Assembly: GCA_040757475.1 (NCBI GenBank)
Contig: JBFLWW010000001.1
Span: forward strand, 55,769-119,768
From: Nitrospirota bacterium
GTDB lineage: Bacteria; Nitrospirota; Thermodesulfovibrionia; Thermodesulfovibrionales; SM23-35
Direction: 5' to 3'
DNA: 64,000 bases
In this document: in pieces, positions 10,418 to 21,818 of the stretch
Layout of the letters: the number at the start of each line of letters is the position of its first letter
Numbering within the stretch: the first letter of the stretch is position 1
Made by a program: the position numbers and the translations under genes
The notes under the pieces: generated by a model
Told to the model about the DNA's origin: nothing
The model's database searches: none
What the model saw: the letters and a program-made list of their open reading frames with translations, nothing else

Positions 10418-11185
10418 TCATGGGATATTCAATGAATCAAGGATGCCGAATATAGTCCTTACTGCTGATGATTCATCAGGGAGTTGAAAGATTGGTTTCC
10501 CCTGAAGGTCATAATTAAATATTGTGCTGTCCTGAGGAACAAGACCTGCAACCTGAAGACCGAATCCCTCTGCAAGATTCTTAAGTTCTTCCCCCTCAGG
10601 CCCAGAAATCCTGTTTATAATGAGGACTCTTCTATCAATATCGAGCTTGAGCTCGTCAACCAGCCCATTTATCCTCTTTGCTGTCTGGACACCTCTCTGA
10701 GTTGGATCACTCACAATTAAAAGTAAGTTCACCATGTGAGTCGTCCTCCTGCTAAGATGCTCCATGCCAGCTTCATTATCTATAACGACATATGGATATG
10801 TCTCAGAGAGTCTGTCTGTATATTTTCTTATGATATTATTTGCAGCGCAATAGCATCCAGGTCCTTCGGGTCTTCCCATTACCATCAAATCAAATCCCTT
10901 TGATTCTATAATTGACTGCTGAACCTGGTAGTCAAAGAGCTCTTCTATGGACATACCGCCTGGCCTCTCACTCCCACTTCTTATTGTCTGGAGAGACTCC
11001 TCTCTTAATTTACCTATTGTTGTATGTACATCAACTCCGAGTACCTCATTAAGGCAGTTATTAGAATCTGCATCCACAGCAAGCACAGGCTTCTTTTTTC
11101 TCTCAATAATATAACGGACAGTAAGTCCTGCAATAGTTGTCTTCCCTGTGCCACCTTTTCCTGCTAATGCGATTACAAATGCCAT
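10418..11185 (-). CDS. cooC: CooC/AcsF-family P-loop ATPase (nickel-insertion accessory type)
   Basis: Deviant Walker A GKGGTGKTT at residues 9-17 and the CooC-type C-x-C metal motif GPGCYCAANN. Confidence 0.8.
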   Translation of the reverse strand: MAFVIALAGKGGTGKTTIAGLTVRYIIERKKKPVLAVDADSNNCLNEVLGVDVHTTIGKLREESLQTIRSGSERPGGMSIEELFDYQVQQSIIESKGFDLMVMGRPEGPGCYCAANNIIRKYTDRLSETYPYVVIDNEAGMEHLSRRTTHMVNLLLIVSDPTQRGVQTAKRINGLVDELKLDIDRRVLIINRISGPEGEELKNLAEGFGLQVAGLVPQDSTIFNYDLQGKPIFQLPDESSAVRTIFGILDSLNIP

Positions 11186-11295
11186 TTATTATGTACCTTA
11201 ACTCTTAAGTATAACCTAAACAGAGTCTGTTTTGGTTCATCTCCGAATTAGTTGACGAATTGGGTGGAAAAGCTAAGATACATATGCGACATTAA

Positions 11296-11600
11296 GGATT
11301 AGTGGATCATTATGCAAAAGCATACACCATTTTTCATACGATACGAGGCAGGTGGAAGAGTTTCTTTGGTACCTTACTCTACCCGCTTACGATTAAATCA
11401 TGGCAGTCAGACAATGGCTCGGAAAACCTGGGAGAATTTGATGAACAACTGAAAAAGGATGGTATCCCTCATCTATGATAAACCATTGTTTCATCAAAGA
11501 CTTGCTGATTACCTGGTCTTCTATAATACCCAGAGACCTCATAAGTCTTTAGGATTGAAAAGTCCTATAGAGTATTTGATTGAAAATGGAGGAATGTCGC
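11296..11600 (+). mobile_element. degenerate IS481/IS3-type DDE transposase remnant (frameshifted, internally deleted)
   Basis: Frame 1 reads ..PLTIKSWQSDNGSENLGEFDEQLKKDGIPHL* (the DDE E-region). Frame 2 then reads ..YNTQRPHKSLGLKSPIEYL (integrase-core C-terminus). The roughly 40 aa normally between them are missing, and no terminal inverted repeats are visible. Confidence 0.6.
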
Positions 11601-12525
11601 AAAAGTCTTTAACTTATACACTGAGTTTACTTATGATTCTACATCTGATACTTTTACAGGCCAACTGCCTGATGGAACATCAGTAACTTTTTATGGTACA
11701 CCCCAACCTCAATGCGTAGACAATGATGGTGATGGACATTATGCCCCTACTGCAACCTGTCCACAGGGAGATGACTGTGATGATAATGTCTATGACCCTA
11801 CTGTATATTATGGAGCACCTGAGCTTTGTGACGGGAAAGACAACAATTGTGATGGATATATAGATGAAGGTTGTTATGAGGATGACAGGACTAAAGCCTT
11901 CAAGGAGATGGATGAAAAGTGGAATACATTAAGCTATGAAGACAGGGCTGATATTGTCAAAAATACAGATACCCTCAACAAATTTACAAATAGATATGCC
12001 ACCTTAAGAGGCAAGCGTGTAACAAATATGATTATTAATGTAAAGGCAACAAATCCCGATTATGCAAATATAGATACTAAGCTTGTAGAGGCATTAATCT
12101 TTGTTGAGTCATCAGATAACTTTCTTGCATTGAGTAATAAAGGTGCCCTCGGTCTGGGGCAGATAACAACTGCAGCTGCACAACAAATAGGCCAAGCAAC
12201 TATAGATGCTTATTCCGCTTTCACAAACCTTCAGAGTAACCTTGACTTATCAAGTTTTAAATATCATAACCTTGCCCTTGATAACAGGACATTGCCAGAG
12301 AAAAATGTTGACATGACCTTCAGCTATATCAACTGGCTTTCAGAACGCCCTTATATAGCAGGTGATATAGATAAAATGCTGGCAGCTTATAATTGGAGAT
12401 CGAGAAGATTTAGAAATTGGTTCAAAAAACATGGAGACAAGTGGTTTGAAAAGATACCCCCAGAGAAGAAGGAGGTCCTGGGGTTAAAGAGTATGTCACA
12501 AATATTAAAAAACGTGCAGGTATAA
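11584..12525 (+). pseudogene. 5'-truncated gene: Cys-rich DNDGDG / CDGKDNNCDG repeat region fused to a lytic transglycosylase (SLT) domain
   Basis: The frame is open from 11584, immediately after the IS remnant, but the first ATG is at 11908. It encodes ..CVDNDGDGHYAPTATCPQGDDCDDN..ELCDGKDNNCDGYIDEGC and then the SLT motif IFVESSDNFLALSNKGALGLGQIT. Confidence 0.55.
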
Positions 12526-12534
12526 GATAGGAGG

Positions 12535-12804
12535 TTGTATATGGTAAAGAGAATATTTATGGCTTTTATTATGCTGTTTGCCTCTACTTCTCTGGTGTTA
12601 GCCGAGCATCTAAGAGTAAAAGAAATCCATAATCTTTTTAACGATGACCTTGGTATTTGGCAAAGGATGTTTTATCAAGCCATGGGAAGTATGGGTGGCT
12701 TTTTTGGTGATCCTACATGGTCTCCTGATGGCAAGAGAATAGTGTTTTCTGGGGTATATAAACGTGGTCATGATGCTGATCTTTATGTTATTACTCTTGA
12801 GTAG
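12535..12804 (+). CDS. small secreted protein with a single PD40 (TolB-like) repeat, probably a fragment
   Basis: Signal peptide plus WSPDGKRIVFSG. At 89 aa it is far shorter than any beta-propeller. Confidence 0.35.
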   Translation: MYMVKRIFMAFIMLFASTSLVLAEHLRVKEIHNLFNDDLGIWQRMFYQAMGSMGGFFGDPTWSPDGKRIVFSGVYKRGHDADLYVITLE

Positions 12805-12874
12805 ATATTCTGTTTAACCTACATATTACAACATTTCGTCAAGAGCCATTTTAAAATCTTTTTAGATAGTCATC

Positions 12875-14886
<2,012 letters not shown>

Positions 14887-14996
14887 CTAAAATTTAGCAC
14901 AACAGGACTCATTTGTCTAAATCTCTGTTTTACAATTTATCTAAATCATGATATATTAACGCAATTTTATTGCACTCAAATAGGAGAAAATAATTT

Positions 14997-16499
14997 ATGA
15001 AAAAGGGATGGGGTTCTTTTTTTATTTTGATTTTTCTCTTAGGGGTATGGATTTTACCTGCCATGGCAGCAGACCCATCCACAGAGATAGAACAGCTTAA
15101 AGAAGAGGTAAAAAAACTTCTAAAACGGATTGAGGAGTTAGAAAAAAAGCAGACTGAAAGCGAGATAAAAACAAAAGAGACTGAAAAGAAGGTTGCAGAA
15201 ACAGAGAAGAAGGTATTACAGGCCGGATATGATAAGGGCTTCTATATAAAGACCCCTGATGAAAATTTCACCTTAAAAACCAATCTGTTTATCCAGTTTC
15301 GTTACACCTATCTGGATTTTGACAGGAAGGTTAATACCAACAACGAGAACTGGAGTAATTTCTTTATGCGGCGTGCCAGGGTCTTTTTCTCAGGTAATGC
15401 TCTAAATAAAGACTGGACATATTATTTCCATATCCAGTTAGAGCCTGTTGGCGCTGTTAACCTGCATGATGCATATGTGACATGGAAAAAATATCCTTAT
15501 GCCCAGATTCAGGTTGGCCGTGCCAAGCACCCATACAGCTTGGAATTCTGGCAATCTGCAAGCCAGCTTAATGGAGTAGAAAGAACTATCTTCTCAGGGG
15601 AGACAGATGTGGACGGCAAAGAAGACAGCAGAAAATGGCCTGGTGGTAATGCAAATTTTCAGGTGAGCAATGAAGATAGTGTTACAAAATATCCTGTTGG
15701 TGGTTTTAATCTCTTCAGGTCACAGGGTATTCAACTACAGGGTGACATAAATATCTTCGGTCAGGATGGATTTTTACAATACTGGGCCGGTATTTATAAC
15801 GGCAGAAACACAAAGGGCAGTGTCAGTATTGATAATAACCCTCTTTATGTAGGTAGAATCTCTATAAATCCATTCGGGAAATATAATCTAACCCAGCAGG
15901 GCGACATAGATTACAGCAAAGACCCAAAACTCTGTCTGCTTGTCTCTGGTGTGCAGTATGTAGATAGGTTGACCAAATATCGAAGCACTACTGACACACC
16001 ACCTACAGATGGCTATGGGGATGAGGTAACAGCCACTTATGGTATTGAGGGGACTGGTTATAATCTGGCAGGTCTATTCAGGTACATGGGATTTTCTCTG
16101 GATGCTGAATATGGCTATGAGCGTTTGAAGCAGAAAAGGACAGGTGGGCATACATGGGATAGATTCGGCTACAGGACTAATGTTGGCTATTTCTTCATAC
16201 CAAAGAAATTAGAGATGGTAGTTAGGTATGCATATGTAGAGCGCATTAAAGATAACACGCAGGAGAAATCTCTTGCTTCGGGTCTCGGGCTGGTGAGTGT
16301 TAATGATGGAAGCTACAATGCTATTGAGGATAATCTCAAGGAATACACAATTGGTTTAAACTACTACTTTACCGCTCACAACCTTAAGCTCTTTGTAGAT
16401 TACAGTTATCTGGTGAGGAATTTAACCCCGGTTGGTGTGGGCATGATTAATGACCAGCATGATAATAGATTCAGAACAATGATTCAGTATTTATTCTAA
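14997..16499 (+). CDS. outer-membrane porin, phosphate-selective porin O/P-like, with N-terminal coiled coil
   Basis: Signal peptide, an EELEKK coiled coil, a beta-barrel-type alternating pattern and a C-terminal aromatic residue (..MIQYLF). Confidence 0.72.
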   Translation: MKKGWGSFFILIFLLGVWILPAMAADPSTEIEQLKEEVKKLLKRIEELEKKQTESEIKTKETEKKVAETEKKVLQAGYDKGFYIKTPDENFTLKTNLFIQFRYTYLDFDRKVNTNNENWSNFFMRRARVFFSGNALNKDWTYYFHIQLEPVGAVNLHDAYVTWKKYPYAQIQVGRAKHPYSLEFWQSASQLNGVERTIFSGETDVDGKEDSRKWPGGNANFQVSNEDSVTKYPVGGFNLFRSQGIQLQGDINIFGQDGFLQYWAGIYNGRNTKGSVSIDNNPLYVGRISINPFGKYNLTQQGDIDYSKDPKLCLLVSGVQYVDRLTKYRSTTDTPPTDGYGDEVTATYGIEGTGYNLAGLFRYMGFSLDAEYGYERLKQKRTGGHTWDRFGYRTNVGYFFIPKKLEMVVRYAYVERIKDNTQEKSLASGLGLVSVNDGSYNAIEDNLKEYTIGLNYYFTAHNLKLFVDYSYLVRNLTPVGVGMINDQHDNRFRTMIQYLF

Positions 16500-16555
16500 G
16501 GGCTTTGCACTGTATTAATTGATTTTTTCCTGAGCGGTATTTTATTTTACTCATT

Positions 16556-17545
16556 ATGAATTACAGGAAGATTCTGAAAGAATTTGAAAAGAAGAAGATA
16601 CTTGTCATCGGAGATTTAATCCTCGACCGTTATATATGGGGAAAGGTAAACAGGATATCTCCAGAAGCCCCTGTCCCTGTTGTTGAGGTTACAGACGAAA
16701 ACTTTCTTCTTGGAGGGGCCTCCAATGTCGCAAACAACATAATAGCCCTCGGAGGTCATGTAACAATAGTTGGTGTAGCAGGCAATGATAGGGCTGGGGA
16801 GGTCTTGACGAATATACTGGAGGAGAAGGGGATACAATGTGGGGGTGTCTTTCGGTGCTCAAGACCCACAACAGTCAAGACAAGGGTAATAGCACATAAT
16901 CAGCAGGTAGTAAGATTTGACAGGGAAGATAAAGCTAAGGTTGATGGGAAGATTCTCAGGGGGCTCATGGATTACATAAGCAAGGTGATGTCAAACCATG
17001 ATGCAGTGATTATATCTGATTACAAGAAGGGTGTTGTGTCATCTGAACTGGTGAAAGAGATAGTAAAACTTTCTAAGAAGGAAAAAATCTTTGTCTCGGT
17101 TGACCCAAAGATTGGCCATTTTCACTATTACAAGAATGTTTCACTTATTACACCTAATGTCATGGAGGCATATGCTGCTTCAGGCATAGAAATTAAAGAC
17201 GAGAAATCTCTTATAAATGCAGGCAGGGCACTTTTAAGAAAAATCTCATGTAATGCTGTACTTATTACACGTGGTGAACATGGCATGAGCCTTTTCGAGA
17301 AGAAGAATATAGTGCATATACCTACCGTGGCGAGAAATGTATATGATGTTACTGGTGCAGGAGATACAGTAATAGCAGCTTTTACTCTCGCATATGCAGC
17401 AGGTGCGCGCATGGAAGAGGCAGCAGTTATCGCAAATCATGCAGCAGGTATAGTTGTAGCTGAGGTTGGCACAGCAGTAGCAACAAAGGAACAATTGCGC
17501 AGGTCATTGAGATTAAATCGTGGTAAATTAATACAGGCGCTCTGA
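16556..17545 (+). CDS. D-glycero-beta-D-manno-heptose-7-phosphate kinase (RfaE domain I type, PfkB family)
   Basis: Motifs VIGDLILDRYIWG..RISPEAPVPV and PfkB motif DVTGAGDT. Confidence 0.85.
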   Translation: MNYRKILKEFEKKKILVIGDLILDRYIWGKVNRISPEAPVPVVEVTDENFLLGGASNVANNIIALGGHVTIVGVAGNDRAGEVLTNILEEKGIQCGGVFRCSRPTTVKTRVIAHNQQVVRFDREDKAKVDGKILRGLMDYISKVMSNHDAVIISDYKKGVVSSELVKEIVKLSKKEKIFVSVDPKIGHFHYYKNVSLITPNVMEAYAASGIEIKDEKSLINAGRALLRKISCNAVLITRGEHGMSLFEKKNIVHIPTVARNVYDVTGAGDTVIAAFTLAYAAGARMEEAAVIANHAAGIVVAEVGTAVATKEQLRRSLRLNRGKLIQAL

Positions 17546-17552
17546 ACAACGT

Positions 17553-17660
17553 GATAATAACCAAATTCCAAGCACCAATAATCAAATAATAACCAAGTAC
17601 CAATACCAAACATTACTGGGTGATTGCATCATTGGTTATTGTAATTTGGTTATTGGAATT
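17553..17660. repeat. two-arm heptamer element, CCAATAA/TTGGTTATTG class
   Basis: The left arm is ..ATAACCA AATTCCA AGCACCA ATAATCA.. and the right arm is ATTGGTTATTGTAATTTGGTTATTGGAATT. TTGGTTATTG (17632-17641) recurs at 61071-61080. Confidence 0.8.
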
Positions 17661-17673
17661 TAATTTATATTAT

Positions 17674-18738
17674 ATGGTAAGGGCAGTAGCATTATTCTCA
17701 GGCGGTCTTGATAGCACACTTGCAATTCTCACAGTTTTAAAGCAGGACATCGAGGTCAAGGCAATAACATTCCTGACATATTTCGGGTGTGATATATCTG
17801 ACAGGTCTTCATGCTCGAAAAACCCTTTTCCTGTCGCAGAGAAATTCGGTTTTGAGGTTAAACTCTGCCACTTATCGGATAAATTCATAGAGATAGTAAA
17901 GAATCCTGAATTTGGCCATGGTAAGAATATGAATCCATGCATAGATTGCAGAATCCTTATGCTCAAAGAGGCAAGAGAATTTATGGAGATGGCAGGAGCG
18001 GATTTTATTGTGACAGGAGAAGTGCTTGGCCAGAGACCGATGAGTCAGAGGAGAGATACATTTAATGTTATTGACAGAGAGACAGGGGTTACTGGTTATG
18101 TGTTGAGGCCACTCAGTGCAAAACTCTTGAAGGTTACAATCCCTGAGGCCAGAGGAATTATTAACAGGGAAATGCTCTATGACTTCAGCGGACGATCAAG
18201 AAGGCCACAGATGGCCCTTGCGAGGGAATTCGGGCTTACGGATTATCCCGCACCTGCAGGCGGATGCCTCCTAACAGACCCTAATTATTCATATAGACTG
18301 AGTGACCTCCTGCGACATAATCCTAACCCCTCTCTGAATGAATTACACTTATTGAGGGTTGGAAGGCATTTCAGGGTGTCCCCTTCGTGTAAAGTAATTA
18401 TTGGCAGAGATAAGGAAGAAAACAGCAGAATAGAGTCTCTTTCTGACGGATACGATTATCTGCTTAAAGTAGAGAATGCTGGAAGTCCAATAACATTGTT
18501 GTCAGGGGAAAGGGCAGAAAATTTTTTATCTCTCGCAGCATCTCTATGTGCAAGGTATTCTGATGCAAAGAATCTCTCTGAAGTGGCTGTGACCGTTATT
18601 AATGGAGGTAATTCATATATACTAAGGGTTCCACCTGCAGATGATAACATGATCGCAGTCTACAGGATAGAGAGGAAAGAGAGGGTTACAGCCTTACAGG
18701 AACTCCCCTTAACTTCAGATATTCTTTTGCCTCTCTAA
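17674..18738 (+). CDS. PP-loop ATP pyrophosphatase family protein (MnmA/ThiI-like, probable tRNA thiolation enzyme)
   Basis: PP-loop ALFSGGLDS lies directly after the ATG at 17674, followed by CIDCR...[11 protein letters not shown]. The track start at 17620 lies inside the repeat element. Confidence 0.6.
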   Translation: MVRAVALFSGGLDSTLAILTVLKQDIEVKAITFLTYFGCDISDRSSCSKNPFPVAEKFGFEVKLCHLSDKFIEIVKNPEFGHGKNMNPCIDCRILMLKEAREFMEMAGADFIVTGEVLGQRPMSQRRDTFNVIDRETGVTGYVLRPLSAKLLKVTIPEARGIINREMLYDFSGRSRRPQMALAREFGLTDYPAPAGGCLLTDPNYSYRLSDLLRHNPNPSLNELHLLRVGRHFRVSPSCKVIIGRDKEENSRIESLSDGYDYLLKVENAGSPITLLSGERAENFLSLAASLCARYSDAKNLSEVAVTVINGGNSYILRVPPADDNMIAVYRIERKERVTALQELPLTSDILLPL

Positions 18739-19525
18739 CAGTATATTCCCTGTAATGGAATATTGATGCTGCAAGGACTGCATCTGCCTTACCATAGACA
18801 AGACCTTCATAGAGATGTTCAAGATTGCCCACTCCACCAGAGGCAATGACAGGAATAGATACAGTCTCGGAAATTGCCCTTGTAAGTTCGATGTCATAGC
18901 CATCCTTAGTACCATCCTTATCCATACTCGTAAGCATAATCTCACCTGCCCCAAGTTTTTGCATCAATCTTGCCCATTTTACCGCATCTATGAGCTTCAT
19001 CTTCCTCCCCCCATGTGTCGAGATTGCCCAAGTCAGATCATCGGCTCGTAGTTTAAGACGGACATCCTTTAGTGAGGGATCATCAAACCAGTCTTCACCT
19101 GTTGCATCAGGCATATGGGTGTACACCCTCCTTGCATCGATGGCGACTACAATACACTGACTGCCAAACCTCTCTGCTGCTCTGCTAATAAAATATGGGT
19201 CTTTTACAGCAGCGGTATTTGTAGAAACTTTATCACACCCTGCATTAAGCAGGTCTCTAATGTCATCAAGGGTCTTTATACCTCCACCAACAGTGAGGGG
19301 CATGAATACATCATTTGCTGTTTTTTCTACCACATCAAGTATAATTTTTCTTTTTTCATGAGATGCTGTAATATCAAGGAAGATAAGTTCATCAGCTCCT
19401 TGCTCATCATAGAATTTTGCATTCTCAACAGGGTCTCCTGCATCCCTTAGATTGACAAAACTTACACCTTTAACAACACGCCCATCTTTTACATCAAGAC
19501 AGGGAATTATTCTTTTAGCAAGCAT
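18686..19525 (-). CDS. hisF: imidazole glycerol phosphate synthase, cyclase subunit
   Basis: Motifs [22 protein letters not shown] and ASGGVG. It carries an insert of about 25-30 aa relative to the usual length of about 253 aa. Confidence 0.95.
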   Translation of the reverse strand: MLAKRIIPCLDVKDGRVVKGVSFVNLRDAGDPVENAKFYDEQGADELIFLDITASHEKRKIILDVVEKTANDVFMPLTVGGGIKTLDDIRDLLNAGCDKVSTNTAAVKDPYFISRAAERFGSQCIVVAIDARRVYTHMPDATGEDWFDDPSLKDVRLKLRADDLTWAISTHGGRKMKLIDAVKWARLMQKLGAGEIMLTSMDKDGTKDGYDIELTRAISETVSIPVIASGGVGNLEHLYEGLVYGKADAVLAASIFHYREYTVREAKEYLKLRGVPVRL

Positions 19526-20237
19526 TTGCTATCCTTATTGCTTCTCTTAAATCTAACGCCCCTGAATAGATTGCTTTCCCTGTTATCACACCCCAGAGGT
19601 TCTTTATCTTCATCAGATTTTTTATATCCTCAGTGGATGAGACACCACCTGATGCGATTACCGGGATATTGACAGCCTGAACTATCTCCTGTATTGTCCT
19701 GATATTTGGCCCTGTGAGCATACCATCTCTCGATATGTCTGTATAGATTATCCCTGCAGCACCTGATGCCTCTACTGACCTCGCAAGCCCTTTTGCATCA
19801 ACAGATGTCACCTCTTCCCATCCTTTTACTGCAACCTTCCCTCCCCGTGCATCTATACCAACCAGTATCTTGCCTGGATACCTGTCACAGGCCATTTTGA
19901 CAATATCAGGATTATTTACTGCTACAGTTCCGAGTATAACCCTGTTTATACCTGTCTCAATAAGGCTATCAATCTTTTTTATATCCCTTATACCGCCGCC
20001 AACCTCAATGCCGATTGTTACAGATTCTCTTATCCTGATTATTGTATTCAGATTCTTCTGGCTGCCTGTAAGGGCACCATCAAGATCAATAATATGAAGC
20101 AATTCTGCCCCTAAAGATTCCCACTGTTTAGCCATTGCTGCAGGGTCATTTGAATAAACTGTCACTGCCTCTTTCCTCCCCTGAAGAAGCCTGACACACT
20201 GCCCATCTTTTAAATCTATTGCAGGAATAACAAGCAT
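19515..20237 (-). CDS. hisA: 1-(5-phosphoribosyl)-5-[(5-phosphoribosylamino)methylideneamino]imidazole-4-carboxamide isomerase
   Basis: Motifs [25 protein letters not shown] and ASGGVS. It overlaps hisF by 11 nt. Confidence 0.93.
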   Translation of the reverse strand: MLVIPAIDLKDGQCVRLLQGRKEAVTVYSNDPAAMAKQWESLGAELLHIIDLDGALTGSQKNLNTIIRIRESVTIGIEVGGGIRDIKKIDSLIETGINRVILGTVAVNNPDIVKMACDRYPGKILVGIDARGGKVAVKGWEEVTSVDAKGLARSVEASGAAGIIYTDISRDGMLTGPNIRTIQEIVQAVNIPVIASGGVSSTEDIKNLMKIKNLWGVITGKAIYSGALDLREAIRIANAC

Positions 20238-20299
20238 GGATTAATATAACATAAAGAGAGTAACGAGTGACGGGAAGAGATATAAAAAAAATTTAAAGA

Positions 20300-20384
20300 G
20301 CAAAATGAAAAATTACAATTCAAAATTCAAAAATACATTTTTCCTTAATTTTGCATTTTTAATTTTTATTTTTGAATTTTTCAT
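20300..20384. repeat. two-arm heptamer element, CAAAA/TTTTG class, overlapping the start of the DUF3108 gene
   Basis: The left arm is GCAAAAT GAAAAAT TACAATT CAAAATT CAAAAAT and the right arm is CCTTAAT TTTGCAT TTTTAAT TTTTATT TTTGAAT TTTTCAT. The 19-mer TTCCTTAATTTTGCATTTT (20341-20359) is identical to 25397-25415. Confidence 0.85.
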
Positions 20385-21069
20385 ACATACACCCATTGCC
20401 ACACCCTTCAACATACCTGAGAAATTTGAATATGATCTTACATGGAAAGGTATCAGGGCCGGGACAGCATCCCTCGAGATAATAAACGATGGAAATAAGA
20501 TAAGGATTGTTTCGACTGCACGATCAGCAAAATGGATCTCTGTATTTTATACAGTAGATGACAGGGTAGAAAGTACTCTGATAAAAAATGAATCATCATT
20601 TATCGGCCAACCATTAAACTACAGGCTCAAGATAAGAGAAGGCAGACATAGAAGAGATAAGGAGGTCATTTTTAAGCAAGACATTGGTAAAGCCACATAT
20701 ATAGACTACCTTACTAATGAAAAACAAGAATTCGACATACCTTTTTTTATCTTTGACCCAGTATCAAGTTTTTATTATCTTAGAACACTTCAACTTGAGG
20801 TAGGAAAGCCTGTTTATATGACTATTTTTGACAGCAAGAAGGTGTGGAATGTAGAGATTAAGGTTCTGAAAAAAGAGCGGCTGGAGCTTCCTACCGGGGT
20901 TTTCGATACAATACTCGTAAAACCCATTATGAAATCAGAAGGCATCTTTCACAGAAAAGGTGATATACTTATCTGGCTTACAGATGATAAAAGGCGCATA
21001 CCAGTAAGAATGAAGACAAAGATAGTTGTAGGCTCTGTGGTGGCAACTCTTGTAGGAGGAGACTATTGA
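20305..21069 (+). CDS. DUF3108-domain protein (secreted)
   Basis: Hydrophobic N-terminus, then YDLTWKGIRAGTASLEI... and a C-terminal ..IPVRMKTKIVVGSVVATLV pattern typical of DUF3108. Confidence 0.7.
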   Translation: MKNYNSKFKNTFFLNFAFLIFIFEFFIHTPIATPFNIPEKFEYDLTWKGIRAGTASLEIINDGNKIRIVSTARSAKWISVFYTVDDRVESTLIKNESSFIGQPLNYRLKIREGRHRRDKEVIFKQDIGKATYIDYLTNEKQEFDIPFFIFDPVSSFYYLRTLQLEVGKPVYMTIFDSKKVWNVEIKVLKKERLELPTGVFDTILVKPIMKSEGIFHRKGDILIWLTDDKRRIPVRMKTKIVVGSVVATLVGGDY

Positions 21070-21818
21070 TACCCCTGTCTGTTGCCATTATTACAAAAGA
21101 TGAAGAGATTAATATTGGTAATTCGATTGAAAGCGTCAAAGATGCTGCAGAGATCGTGGTCATAGATTCCTTCAGTTCAGATAAAACAGTTGAGATCTGC
21201 AGGAGATATACAGACAGGGTATTTCAGAAAGAATGGCAGGGATATGCAAGACAGAAACAGATGGCTGTGGACATAGCAAAAGGCCCATGGGTGTTAATTC
21301 TCGATGCTGATGAAAGGGTTACACCAGCGCTGAGAGATGAGATTACTGAAATCCTGAAAAACACAGTGTGTAATGGTTTTTATATACCCAGGAAAAACTT
21401 TTTCCTCGGAAAATGGATCAGACACAGCGGATGGTGGCCGGATTACACCCTGAGGCTTTTCAGGAAAGACACAGCATTTATTGAAGATCGTGAGGTTCAT
21501 GAGAAGGTTATTGTAAAAGGCAGGTTAGGATATCTCAAGAACCCTGTGGAGCATTATACCTGCAGGACTATCTCTGATTTTTTACAGAAGATGGAAAATT
21601 ATTCAACACTATCGGCAGAGGAGATGAAGGTGAGAGACTCTATACCCGGTGTATTTTCACTCGTACTACGTCCTTTATTTACATTTTTAAAAATGTTTTT
21701 TCTCAGGCGGGGTTTTCTGGATGGGGTTCACGGATTGATACTATCCGTGCTTTACAGTTATTATACTTTTCTGAAATATATAAAGGTGTGGGAGTGCTCT
21801 AAGGGAACCGAAAAATAG
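21066..21818 (+). CDS. glycosyltransferase family 2 (LPS-core type)
   Basis: Motifs LSVAIITKDEE..I...I.S, VVIDSFSSDKT and ILDADE. It overlaps the upstream gene by 4 nt. Confidence 0.85.
   Translation: MIPLSVAIITKDEEINIGNSIESVKDAAEIVVIDSFSSDKTVEICRRYTDRVFQKEWQGYARQKQMAVDIAKGPWVLILDADERVTPALRDEITEILKNTVCNGFYIPRKNFFLGKWIRHSGWWPDYTLRLFRKDTAFIEDREVHEKVIVKGRLGYLKNPVEHYTCRTISDFLQKMENYSTLSAEEMKVRDSIPGVFSLVLRPLFTFLKMFFLRRGFLDGVHGLILSVLYSYYTFLKYIKVWECSKGTEK

Noticed and set aside
11459-11686. The 75-aa ORF in the track, taken as an intact small gene.
   Set aside because: Its only recognisable part (YNTQRPHKSLGLKSPIEYL) is the extreme C-terminus of a DDE integrase core. The catalytic region lies upstream in another frame with a stop. 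I treat it as part of an IS remnant.
15090-15230. The Lys/Glu-rich repeat at the porin N-terminus (EELEKKQTESEIKTKETEKKVAETEKKV), taken as another DNA-level repeat insertion.
   Set aside because: The DNA shows no 7-nt unit periodicity comparable to the arrays. N-terminal coiled coils are a normal feature of this porin type.
17620-17673. N-terminal extensions proposed by the ORF track for the PP-loop gene (17620), mreD (54958), mnmE (61078), adk (51795), porC (27556) and galE (24449).
   Set aside because: In each case the conserved protein N-terminus starts at a downstream ATG or GTG with its own SD. The extra codons are translations of repeat arms, of a leader hairpin, or of the upstream gene.
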